This document shows, piece after piece, positions 51,201 through 59,458 of a DNA stretch of 59,458 bases. A model generated the notes under the pieces. The model saw only the letters and a list, made by a program, of their open reading frames with translations, was not told the DNA's origin and made no database searches. Location of the stretch: contig JANLPS010000527.1 of assembly GCA_031367385.1 (NCBI GenBank), positions 1 through 59,458 on the forward strand, written 5' to 3'. The number at the start of each line of letters is the position of its first letter. Positions within the stretch are counted from its first letter, which is position 1. Source of the stretch: Archangium sp. (GTDB lineage Bacteria; Myxococcota; Myxococcia; Myxococcales; Myxococcaceae). The translations under genes were made by a program, and so were the position numbers.

Positions 51201-51216
51201 GGGCCCCAACAGATTC

Positions 51217-52713
51217 TCAGTTCCACCGTCGCCATTCGTCTTCGTAGTAGCGAACGAGCACCTGGTTGTTGAGCCGATTCACCTCAGCCGGCACCTGGCT
51301 CATGTCTTTCGCGAACTGAAACAGGCTCGGCATCGTCGGCTCATCGAGAAAGCGCAGCCCGTCGGGCAACGCATGCCGAACCTCGAGTGGCGCGAGCGAC
51401 GCCAGCACGTACCCCCACTCGCCAAACGAAGGCACCCACACATGGTACGGCTGCGTGACGAACCCCGTCGCCCGCAGCGTCGCGTCGATGCACCAATAGC
51501 TCTGCCGCGCGAACAACGGTGAGGTGCTCTGAATCACGGTCACCGCTCCGGGCGCCAAGTGCGACTTGAGCAGCCCGTAGAACCGCGTCGTGTACAGCTT
51601 GCCGAGCGAAAAATTATTCGGGTCTGGAAAATCGACGATCACCACGTCGAAGCGCTGATCATGCTCGGTCAACCACTGCATCGCGTCGTCGTTGATCAAA
51701 TGCATCTTCGGGCTGTCGAACGAGTGCCCGTTGAGCGTCGCCAGCTCTGAGTACCCGACCGCCAGCTTGGTCACCGCACCGTCCAAATCGATCAGGGTGA
51801 TCGATTCGACCTCGGGGTAGCGCAGCACCTCGCGCGCCGCCAGCCCATCTCCGCCGCCCAAAATGAGCACCTTCGCGCGATTGAGCGCGGCCCGAAACGC
51901 CGGGTGCACCAACGACTCATGATACCGGTACTCGTCGACGCTCGAGAACTGCAAGTTGCCGTTCAAGAAGAGCGAAAACCCGCGGTGCCCCCGCGTCACC
52001 ACGATGCGTTGATATGGCGTCGACTGCGCGTGCACGATCTCGTCGTTGTAGAGCTGCTCTTCGAACATCGTCGTCATCGTCTCGCCAAAGGCGAACGCGA
52101 TGATCAACACCGCCGAGACCACCACCGCCTTGATTCGCAGCCGAATCACCGGGCCGATCACGCTCTCGAGCAACCAGGTGCTCCACAGCCCGACCAGGGC
52201 GTTGATCAACCCGAACAACAACGACGTGCGCACCAGCCCCAGCCGCGGCACCAACACGATGGGAAACAGCAACGAGGCCACCAGCGAGCCCAGGTAGTCG
52301 AAGGTCAGCACCCGGCTGACCAGGTCTTTGAACGCCAGCTGCCCCTTCATGATGCGCAGCAGCAGCGGTATCTCGAGCCCGACCAGCGTGCCCACCAGCA
52401 ACACGATGCCGTAGAGCGCGACCCGAAACGACGCGCCGCTGCTGAAGGTCGCGAAGAGAAAGGGCGCCGAGACGCCGCCCGCCAAGGCCACCGCGAGCTC
52501 GATCTCGACGAAGCGTTGCCCAAGGCCCTTGTCGATGAAGCGCGAGAGCCACGCGCCGATGCCCAACGCCGAGAGATACACGCCGATGACCGTTGAGAAC
52601 TGGGTCACGCTGTCGCCCAGCAGGTAGCTCGCGAGGGTGCCGACGATCAGCTCGTAGACCAGCCCGCACGTCGCGATGACCAACACCGTCAAGAACAGCA
52701 GCGAGCGATTCAC
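51217..52713 (-). CDS. speE: Polyamine aminopropyltransferase (spermidine synthase with N-terminal membrane domain)
   Basis: ATCGLVYEL, LFLNGNLQFSSVDEYRYHE, ILGGGDG and VDFPDP motifs; GGAG before GTG 52713. Confidence 0.92.
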   Translation of the reverse strand: MNRSLLFLTVLVIATCGLVYELIVGTLASYLLGDSVTQFSTVIGVYLSALGIGAWLSRFIDKGLGQRFVEIELAVALAGGVSAPFLFATFSSGASFRVALYGIVLLVGTLVGLEIPLLLRIMKGQLAFKDLVSRVLTFDYLGSLVASLLFPIVLVPRLGLVRTSLLFGLINALVGLWSTWLLESVIGPVIRLRIKAVVVSAVLIIAFAFGETMTTMFEEQLYNDEIVHAQSTPYQRIVVTRGHRGFSLFLNGNLQFSSVDEYRYHESLVHPAFRAALNRAKVLILGGGDGLAAREVLRYPEVESITLIDLDGAVTKLAVGYSELATLNGHSFDSPKMHLINDDAMQWLTEHDQRFDVVIVDFPDPNNFSLGKLYTTRFYGLLKSHLAPGAVTVIQSTSPLFARQSYWCIDATLRATGFVTQPYHVWVPSFGEWGYVLASLAPLEVRHALPDGLRFLDEPTMPSLFQFAKDMSQVPAEVNRLNNQVLVRYYEDEWRRWN

Positions 52714-52817
52714 CAGAGCGGTGTCTCCCAAACCTTGAGCAAGTTCAAAGGCTTTCGCTGTCGCCGCCAGTGCCCTTGTTTGGCGCAGTTGAAATCGGGG
52801 CGTGCCGATACCCCAGC

Positions 52818-55682
52818 ATGCACACTCCACTTTCTGTTTCGCGTGCGATGGCAACCCTGACTGCGTCGCTGGTGCTGCTGACCGCCTGTGGCACCGACAC
52901 CGTGATGGTCAAGACCAGCCTGGCAGGTGACGAGCCCTTCGTTCGCGTCGCTCGCTCGGCTCTCAGCTCGGGCAGCGATGGAGGCACCAACGCCGACGGC
53001 TACGTGAGTGGAGACAACGAGAGCTTCTACCTCGCCATCAACAAGTCACAGCTCGGGCAGCGCTGGTTTCTCTCGGCCTACCTGACGCAGTGGCACCCGT
53101 CCCAGAACATCCCCGTGCGTACGCTGGGCACCAAGGTGGTCAGCTTCAAGGTGCAGAACGGCAAGCTCTTCGTCTTCGACACCACCGACGGCAAAGCCTG
53201 GAGCGACGTGCTCGACCCCTCGGTCGTCGTCGAGGCCTACCCGCTGGTGACCGACTTCGCGCCCTTCAACCAGCTCACCGGGAGCGGCAACTACGTGCTC
53301 TTCGACCCGTCTGCGGGGCTCAACCGCTTCGACGTGGTGGGCGATGACCTCGCCGCCAGCCGCTCGACCCGGTTTCAAATCGACCTGTCATACCTGCAGC
53401 GCTTTCGCAGCCTGAGCGACGGCATCTCGTTCGACCAGGTCTTCACCGGGTACACCGAGACCGCCATGCCGGGAGTCACCGGCTTCGAGCAACCCTTTCG
53501 CGGCTCAGGCACCGTCTCGATTGCCCTGCGCAAGTACACCGATGGCGCCGGGTTCGTCTCGAGCGAGCTCGTCAGCAACAACTACTTCGGCAGCACCAAC
53601 GTGCAGTACGTGAAGAACGCGGGCGGCCAGAAACAGAACGCCGTGAAGTGGAACATCAAGCCCGGCATGCAGCCGATACCGTGGCGGCTGACCAAGAGCA
53701 TCGAGCGCCTCAAGGCCGACCCCCGCTTGGCTGGCATCGACATCGAGGGCGCCTTCGCCCGCGGCATCACCGGGTGGAACGACGCATTCGGGTTTCAGGT
53801 GTTCAAGGTCGAGCCGGGCCAGGCTTCAGACTCCTTCGGCGACGACGACAAGAACTTCGTGGTCATCGACACCAACCCGAGCATGGGCTTCGCCTTCGCC
53901 GATTGGCGCGAGAACCCGAACAGCGGCGAAATTCGCGGCGCCTCGGTGTACTTCTCGAGCGTCTTCATCGAGGGGGCGATTCAATCTGCTCCGGTCGACG
54001 TCGACGGTGGCACGACCGACCCCTTCCCCTTCCCCTGGCCGACCGGTGACGCCGGAGTCGGTGGGACCGATGGCGGCAGCAGCTGCGCAGCTCCGACCGG
54101 TTTGGTGCTCAGCGCGGTCTTCGGAGGCCAGTCGGCCTCGGGCCCGCGCAACCAAGACTACGTCGAGCTTCACAACCGAGGCCCCAGCGCGGTCTCGCTG
54201 AGCGGCTTGTCACTGCAGTACGCCTCGGCGAATGGCACGGCCTGGCAGGTGGTGCCGCTCAAGGGCGCCATCGCGGCCGGCGGGTTCTACCTGGTCGGCT
54301 TCGCGGCGGTCTCTGATGGCGGAGTCGCCCTGCCCACGGTTGATCAGACCAGCCAGATCAACCTCTCTTCGGGCTCAGGCAAAGTGGCGCTGACCACCGG
54401 CACGACGCCGCTCACCGGGGCGTGCCCCGGCGTCTCGACCGATGGCGGCTTCGGCAGCGCTGCATTGATCGATTTTCTCGGGTACGGCTCAGCCAACTGC
54501 AGCGAGGCGATGATGCCGGCACCGATGGCGTCAATCGCCTCGGCGGTGGTGCGCAGCGACGTGTGCGTCGACGACGACATCAACTCGTTCGACTTCGCGC
54601 TCCAGCCGCCGAACCCCCACACCTCGGCCAGCGCCCCGGTGGCGTGTGGCTGCACGTCGACGGGTCCGACCGGTCCAGGGACTCCGCATGGCAGCGCTGA
54701 TGGTGGCACTACGATCATCGCGCAGCCTCATGCGTTGGTCGCCCCGTCACTCCGCTGGAGCTCGCTGAAGAGCCCGACGGTCTGCGCGCTGCCGCCGCAC
54801 CCCAAGAAGGCGCTCACGGCCGGCCTGACCCGAAAAGACTTCATCGAGAAGATCATCACCCACACCCTGCTTCATGAGATTGGGCACACGCTGGGCCTGC
54901 GTCACAACTTCAAAGGCTCGTTCACCGACTCCTCGGTGATGGACTATTTGCGCGACGAAGACGCGGTGTTGCTCAGCTCACCGGGCACCTACGATGTCGC
55001 CGCGGTGAAGTTCTTGTACGGCCTCTCGCCGTTTCCTCCCTCGAGCGACTTCTGCACCGACGAAGACACCGTGGTCGACTCGGCCTGCGCGCAGTTCGAC
55101 GCCAAGGCCAACCCGCTGACCGACGACGCGACACCGGCCTTCAAGCGTGCCGCTCGCTCGTTCATCAGCGCAGGCAACGGGCTGAGCTACTGGGCCATCT
55201 GGGGCGTGAGCCGCTTCGTGCGGGCCCCCAAAGACGACGCGCAGCGAATCGAAGCGCTCAACGCGTTGATGTCAGATGTGGCCCCGCCGCTGAGCCCCGA
55301 GGTCTTGGCGCTCTCACCCACGGCCGCCGCGCACGCCGACTACCTGGCCGCGCTGCTGCTGCAGAACCTGTTCACTTCGACGTGGCAGTACCGAGATGAG
55401 ATCACCCTCAACCCGGCGATGACCGACCCGGCCTTCGCGCACCAAGTGGCCGCGATGGCCAAGAACATCATGATCAACAGCGATGGGCATCGGTCACTCG
55501 ACACACGCTACAGCATGGTCGCCGTGCTCAAAGAAATGCAGAGCGTCGCGGCCTACCAGGCGCTGGTGAGCGGCCGGGCGGCGTTGGTGACCGAGCGGGC
55601 TGGCTACACGCCAGAAGACCAAGCGTTGATCGACGACTTGATTCGACGCATCGACCTCGCGAACTCGCCCTACTTCAGGTGA
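52818..55682 (+). CDS. Zinc metalloprotease lipoprotein with inserted lamin-tail-like domain
   Basis: Lipobox LTA-C; paralog of 5624-7933; HEIGHTLGLRH and SVMDY; insert DYVELHNRG..VSLSGLSLQYAS..IAAGGFYLV. Confidence 0.87.
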   Translation: MHTPLSVSRAMATLTASLVLLTACGTDTVMVKTSLAGDEPFVRVARSALSSGSDGGTNADGYVSGDNESFYLAINKSQLGQRWFLSAYLTQWHPSQNIPVRTLGTKVVSFKVQNGKLFVFDTTDGKAWSDVLDPSVVVEAYPLVTDFAPFNQLTGSGNYVLFDPSAGLNRFDVVGDDLAASRSTRFQIDLSYLQRFRSLSDGISFDQVFTGYTETAMPGVTGFEQPFRGSGTVSIALRKYTDGAGFVSSELVSNNYFGSTNVQYVKNAGGQKQNAVKWNIKPGMQPIPWRLTKSIERLKADPRLAGIDIEGAFARGITGWNDAFGFQVFKVEPGQASDSFGDDDKNFVVIDTNPSMGFAFADWRENPNSGEIRGASVYFSSVFIEGAIQSAPVDVDGGTTDPFPFPWPTGDAGVGGTDGGSSCAAPTGLVLSAVFGGQSASGPRNQDYVELHNRGPSAVSLSGLSLQYASANGTAWQVVPLKGAIAAGGFYLVGFAAVSDGGVALPTVDQTSQINLSSGSGKVALTTGTTPLTGACPGVSTDGGFGSAALIDFLGYGSANCSEAMMPAPMASIASAVVRSDVCVDDDINSFDFALQPPNPHTSASAPVACGCTSTGPTGPGTPHGSADGGTTIIAQPHALVAPSLRWSSLKSPTVCALPPHPKKALTAGLTRKDFIEKIITHTLLHEIGHTLGLRHNFKGSFTDSSVMDYLRDEDAVLLSSPGTYDVAAVKFLYGLSPFPPSSDFCTDEDTVVDSACAQFDAKANPLTDDATPAFKRAARSFISAGNGLSYWAIWGVSRFVRAPKDDAQRIEALNALMSDVAPPLSPEVLALSPTAAAHADYLAALLLQNLFTSTWQYRDEITLNPAMTDPAFAHQVAAMAKNIMINSDGHRSLDTRYSMVAVLKEMQSVAAYQALVSGRAALVTERAGYTPEDQALIDDLIRRIDLANSPYFR

Positions 55683-55686
55683 GTCG

Positions 55687-56871
55687 TCACGAGAGGTGAT
55701 CGATGATGCCGGTCACCGAGTCGCCCGGAAACTGCTTCATCAAAATCGCGAAGCGGTTCGGGTACATCGCGCGGTACTTCTCGAAGCGAGGCGTGCCGCG
55801 GGTCGACAAGAACATCGCGGTCGACTCGGCGACGTCTTCACGCAGCGACGACTTGCCGTAGTCCGAGACCGGCAGCCCATCAGCGGCCACTGCCTTTCGC
55901 CAGGGGTCCCACAGGGGCCCGTTTTCGTCGTCGCCCCACAGCTTCAGGCTCCAGACGTGACCGGCCTCATGGTTCAAGTTCTCCATGATGTTCTTGACCG
56001 GGTTCGGGTCGCGCGTCGGGTAGATGTCGAGCGTGCCAACCGAGTCGCACGACATGAACGAGGTGAAGCCACTGGTGCCGTAGATCTTCGCCCAGGCCGC
56101 GTCATCGGGGTTGGCGTCGGGGTTGAGCCTGATCGAGCTGACCAGCGCTCGGCTCTCGCGAGGCAACGCGGCGACGGCGGAGGCCACTTCGTCGGCAGTG
56201 TGCTGATGGGGGCGGCTGTAGACCTTGTCTTGCGGCTCGTAGATCGAGATGTGGCTGTCATTGCCGGCGACGGTCAGCTTGTACTTGCTCGCGTCGGTCT
56301 CTTTGGTTCGAAACTTGAAACCAGGCACCAGCGTGCCCACGTCGAGAAAGTACCTGAGCGGGGGGCGAGTCGAATCGCTCAGCTCGAGCGCGATGTTACC
56401 GGGCAGCACCGGCGTCGATGACAGGGCTTCGAAGAGTCGTTTCGCTTGTTCTTGCGGCGTCGCGTCGGCAAAGCCGCCCACTGTGGTCTTGTTCATCAGA
56501 CCCCAGCGGGTCAGCTTCGAGCGCATGTCATCGCCGGTCAGCAAGGCATCGAGCTGGGTTTTCTGCAGGGGGGTGAGCGCACCCCACACGGGCATCGCTT
56601 TGATCGCGGTGAGGGTGAGCCCACCCTGGCTCGATTCGTTCACCACGCCCAGGCGTCTTGCCCGCTCAGGGCTGGCATGCACGTTCACCGCGGCGGCGGG
56701 CAACGAGACATTGGTGAGCCTGGGCCGGGTGCCCTCACCGATTTGCGCCAGCGGGTCGAACCCGTCGCCCGCGAGCTGCACCTCGTTCGAAGAGACCGTC
56801 GGCTTCGTCTGATCAGTCTCGCGACCGAGGTTCACTCGGCTGAGGCTCTGAGGTGAATTCACCGAAGGCAT
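55687..56871 (-). CDS. Zincin-like (HExxH) metallopeptidase-domain protein
   Basis: NHEAGH plus VSDYGKSSLREDVAES..YPNRF; probable start MPSVNSP at 56871. Confidence 0.72.
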   Translation of the reverse strand: MPSVNSPQSLSRVNLGRETDQTKPTVSSNEVQLAGDGFDPLAQIGEGTRPRLTNVSLPAAAVNVHASPERARRLGVVNESSQGGLTLTAIKAMPVWGALTPLQKTQLDALLTGDDMRSKLTRWGLMNKTTVGGFADATPQEQAKRLFEALSSTPVLPGNIALELSDSTRPPLRYFLDVGTLVPGFKFRTKETDASKYKLTVAGNDSHISIYEPQDKVYSRPHQHTADEVASAVAALPRESRALVSSIRLNPDANPDDAAWAKIYGTSGFTSFMSCDSVGTLDIYPTRDPNPVKNIMENLNHEAGHVWSLKLWGDDENGPLWDPWRKAVAADGLPVSDYGKSSLREDVAESTAMFLSTRGTPRFEKYRAMYPNRFAILMKQFPGDSVTGIIDHLS

Positions 56872-57017
56872 ACAGGGTATTCGCCCGCCCCCAGTGGAAG
56901 TTGCCCAAGGAATAATGACCCTTTGCGTTACCTGTAAGGGCGCGGGGTTCAGGGGGGAGGTGAAGACAGGCGTGATGAGCTTTCCCAATCGCTGAGAGAC
57001 TCTCAAACTCCACTTAC

Positions 57018-58129
57018 ATGCGAATTCGTCGAGCGATGGTGTTGGCGGTGTTGGCGTTGCGGTGCGGCGGTCTTGTTTCAGGCGGGCCGCAACCGGTTCT
57101 CGATGCCGGGAGCCAGGCCACGATCGACGGGGGCTCCACCGGCAGCGATGCGGGTACGGGCTCCGGGTCAGACGCCGGCGTGAATGACCCGTTCGACGCA
57201 GGCCCGTCGCCCGGCCGCATGGTCTGGGTGGTGACCGGCCAAGACATGCGGCACATGGTCTCGTTCGACGGGCTGACCTGGGAGCACGACGAGTACATCG
57301 CGGCAAACGGTCTCGACAACGCGTTCACCGGCGTCGCCATCGGCAACCACGCCATCGTCATCTCGGGAGACCCCGGCATCTACCGCAGCACCGATGGCAT
57401 CAGCTACGCGCTGGTGTTGCCCAAGACGAGCATGTACGGCTTTCACTCGTCGCAGGCGCTCTACGCCAACGGGTACTTCATGGTGGTGGCGGGCGCGTGG
57501 TCGTTTCGCTCGGTCGATGGCCTGACCTGGGAGTCGAAGAAGGGCACCGACGGCGCCTCGGGGCATTGGCATGGGTTGATCTTCGCCACAACCAGTGGCT
57601 CGCGCTGGGAGATCAGGTGCGAAAGCTCTCTGACAACGGGCTCGACTGGCACGACGTGGCGGCGTTCGAGAAAGACACCTTTCAAGACGTCGCGTACGGC
57701 AACGGCCAGTACCTCGCCGTGGGCCGGGTCGACACCACCGTCGACGGAGGGCCCGCAACCGGCGCCGGGTGGATCGCTACGTCGACCGACGCCAAGACGT
57801 GGTCGCGCAAGCCAGACCTCGCGACGGTGTACAACACGGGGCTCGCGACGGTCGCGTTCGGCAACGGCATGTTCTTCACCCGGCGCGCGGGCGACGTGAT
57901 GCGCAGCCCCGACGGTGAGAGCTGGTCGTTGTTCTGCAAACCGGCATCACCGGCCGGGCTCACCTTCGAGAACGGGCAACTCGCCTCGGCCGGGTGGCGC
58001 ACCGAGGCCGCGCTCTACTCACCCGATGCGGGCCGGTTCATCTCTGGCTACACCGGCACGCACCCCAACCGCTACGACGACGCCGGCATCGAGCCCTGGT
58101 TCACCGGCTTCGCGATGGGCGAGCTGTAG
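57018..58129 (+). pseudogene. Beta-propeller (BNR/YVTN-like repeat) lipoprotein split by one frameshift
   Basis: S.DG..W repeats continue across ORFs 57018-57899 and 57497-58129; adding one C at 57586-57587 restores LIFA-HNQW. Confidence 0.75.
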
Positions 58130-58231
58130 GTGGGTGATCGAAAGACCATGTAATCGTTTGGGTTTGTGCTTGTGCTTCGAGTTCAGCGCGGAGAATAGTT
58201 TCCGTCCCGGCCGGACCTTCGAAAGACCCCC

Positions 58232-59458
58232 TTGAACCAACGAACTGCGGTGCTGCTCGGCGTAGCGCTGGTGGCGCACGTCGCCTCTGCTGAGACGTAC
58301 TACGGCCGCAACCCGGTCAACGAAGGCCACCTGACCATGGTCGGCTACCAGAACGGCACCACCTTCGAAGTGCGGGCGCTGCCGTCGAACACGTTGGTGC
58401 AGGGCGGCACCGTCAATCAGCTGAGCCGCGTGCAGCTCACCCTGGGCGCGACGCGCGAATTCAAGCTCACCACCTCGCGGCCGTTGCTCGCGCTGCTCGA
58501 GTACGACTGCTGCAACTACTCCGGCAGTTGGTACTACCCCACGACCGACGGGCGAAAATTTTACGGCCGAACCTTCTACGTCACGACCGTCGCCAACGGT
58601 GGCGCGCAGCAGTGGGTGTACACGCGCGATGCCGCGGTGGTGACGGTGCGCGACGCCTTCGGCACCGTCGTCGCGACCAGCCCCGCGCTCGCCGCCAATC
58701 GCAGCTGGGCAATACCCGGGCTCGTGCCGGTGCAGACCTACAGCATCACCTCGACCGGCAACATCACGGTCGCGACCAACTCGGGCAACGGCTTCACCGA
58801 GGTGCCGCCAGTGCCGAAGGTGGTCGGCGGCCAACTCGAAGACTGCAACAACGACGAGGGCCTCACGTTCAATTTCGCCACCTACAACTGGTCGCGCGGC
58901 ACCATCGCCGTGTTCAACCGCGGCGCGTCGGCGGTGACCTTCAGCTTGACCAGCTTGGCTGACGGCTCGCCCATCGCCGGGTACCAGAACATCAGCGTGC
59001 CGGCGGGTGGCTTTCTGCACAACGCCGGTCTGCCCGACCTGGGCACCGCGACGTATCAGCTCATCGCCACCGGGCCGGTCACGCTGTGGGCCGGCGACCA
59101 AGAAGGCGGAGGCACCATCGCCGACATGGGCGACGACGTCACCATCACCCAAGGCGCCAGGGGGCAGGCCTTTCTCGTCGACACCGCCACGCAGGGCGCG
59201 ACCCTCTTCGCGTTCGAGCCCAACACGGTGGTCACGTATTCAGACGGCGTCACCAGCACCACGGTCACTCTGGGCACCGATGGCTTCGTGAGCCTGACGG
59301 CGGCTGCGCAGCTCAACACGCTCTTCACCGTGACCGCGAGCAAGCCTTCCGCCGCGCAGGTTACCGGCGGCAACGGGCTCAACGACTGGGGCGTGCAGCT
59401 GCGCCCGGCCACCAGGCTCGACACCGATGGCAACGGCCTCGACGACTGGTCTGAAGGC
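58232..59458 (+). CDS. Large secreted protein (IgGFc-binding-like N-terminus, Ca-binding DxDxD repeat), truncated by window end
   Basis: Absent from the ORF track because it has no stop. TTG 58232 gives MNQRTAVLLGVALVAHVASA-ETYYG; the same frame ends LDTDGNGLDDWSEG at the window edge. Confidence 0.75.
   Translation, partial: MNQRTAVLLGVALVAHVASAETYYGRNPVNEGHLTMVGYQNGTTFEVRALPSNTLVQGGTVNQLSRVQLTLGATREFKLTTSRPLLALLEYDCCNYSGSWYYPTTDGRKFYGRTFYVTTVANGGAQQWVYTRDAAVVTVRDAFGTVVATSPALAANRSWAIPGLVPVQTYSITSTGNITVATNSGNGFTEVPPVPKVVGGQLEDCNNDEGLTFNFATYNWSRGTIAVFNRGASAVTFSLTSLADGSPIAGYQNISVPAGGFLHNAGLPDLGTATYQLIATGPVTLWAGDQEGGGTIADMGDDVTITQGARGQAFLVDTATQGATLFAFEPNTVVTYSDGVTSTTVTLGTDGFVSLTAAAQLNTLFTVTASKPSAAQVTGGNGLNDWGVQLRPATRLDTDGNGLDDWSEG

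Noticed and set aside
51112..51522. 136-aa ORF starting MPQDERGHPLILSEARRAQSKDE
   Set aside because: A translation of the REP-like repeat running antisense into the spermidine synthase gene.
56872..57306. 145-aa N-terminal extension of the zincin ORF, and similar extensions in ORFs called from 12913, 35014, 37913 and 42322
   Set aside because: They overlap neighbouring genes or repeats; downstream starts fit better, most with an RBS or signal peptide.

Overview
GC-rich chromosomal window, most likely from a myxobacterium (Myxococcota). This is inferred from the many lipoproteins with DAG/DGG linkers, the Cys-rich surface proteins and the Ser/Thr kinases. It has about 45 protein-coding genes. 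Housekeeping/metabolic genes: maeB, radA, gpmA, yjbQ, a membrane-anchored spermidine synthase and an anthraniloyl/salicylyl-CoA monooxygenase. Other modules: a TetR-RND-TolC efflux operon with a perfect 20-bp operator, a translationally coupled five-lipoprotein surface operon, two paralogous zinc-metalloprotease lipoproteins (one with an inserted lamin-tail-like domain), two Ser/Thr kinases and two histidine kinases. I recognised no rRNA, tRNA, transposase, integrase or cas gene. The most unusual element is a non-coding array at about 546-808: seven units with a 42-bp period and the core GT(C/G)TCGAATTCA. An AT-rich stretch, an inverted dyad of the same half-site and a standalone helical hypothetical gene (1021-1770) follow it, and together they are a candidate undescribed array-plus-protein system. 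Also noted: a probable orphan FtsH-ternary conflict-system gene pair, a PP-loop gene resembling phage-type proteins, a hairpin-rich 830-bp intergenic region, REP-like repeats and two frameshifted genes. All family assignments come from motif recognition, not database searches.
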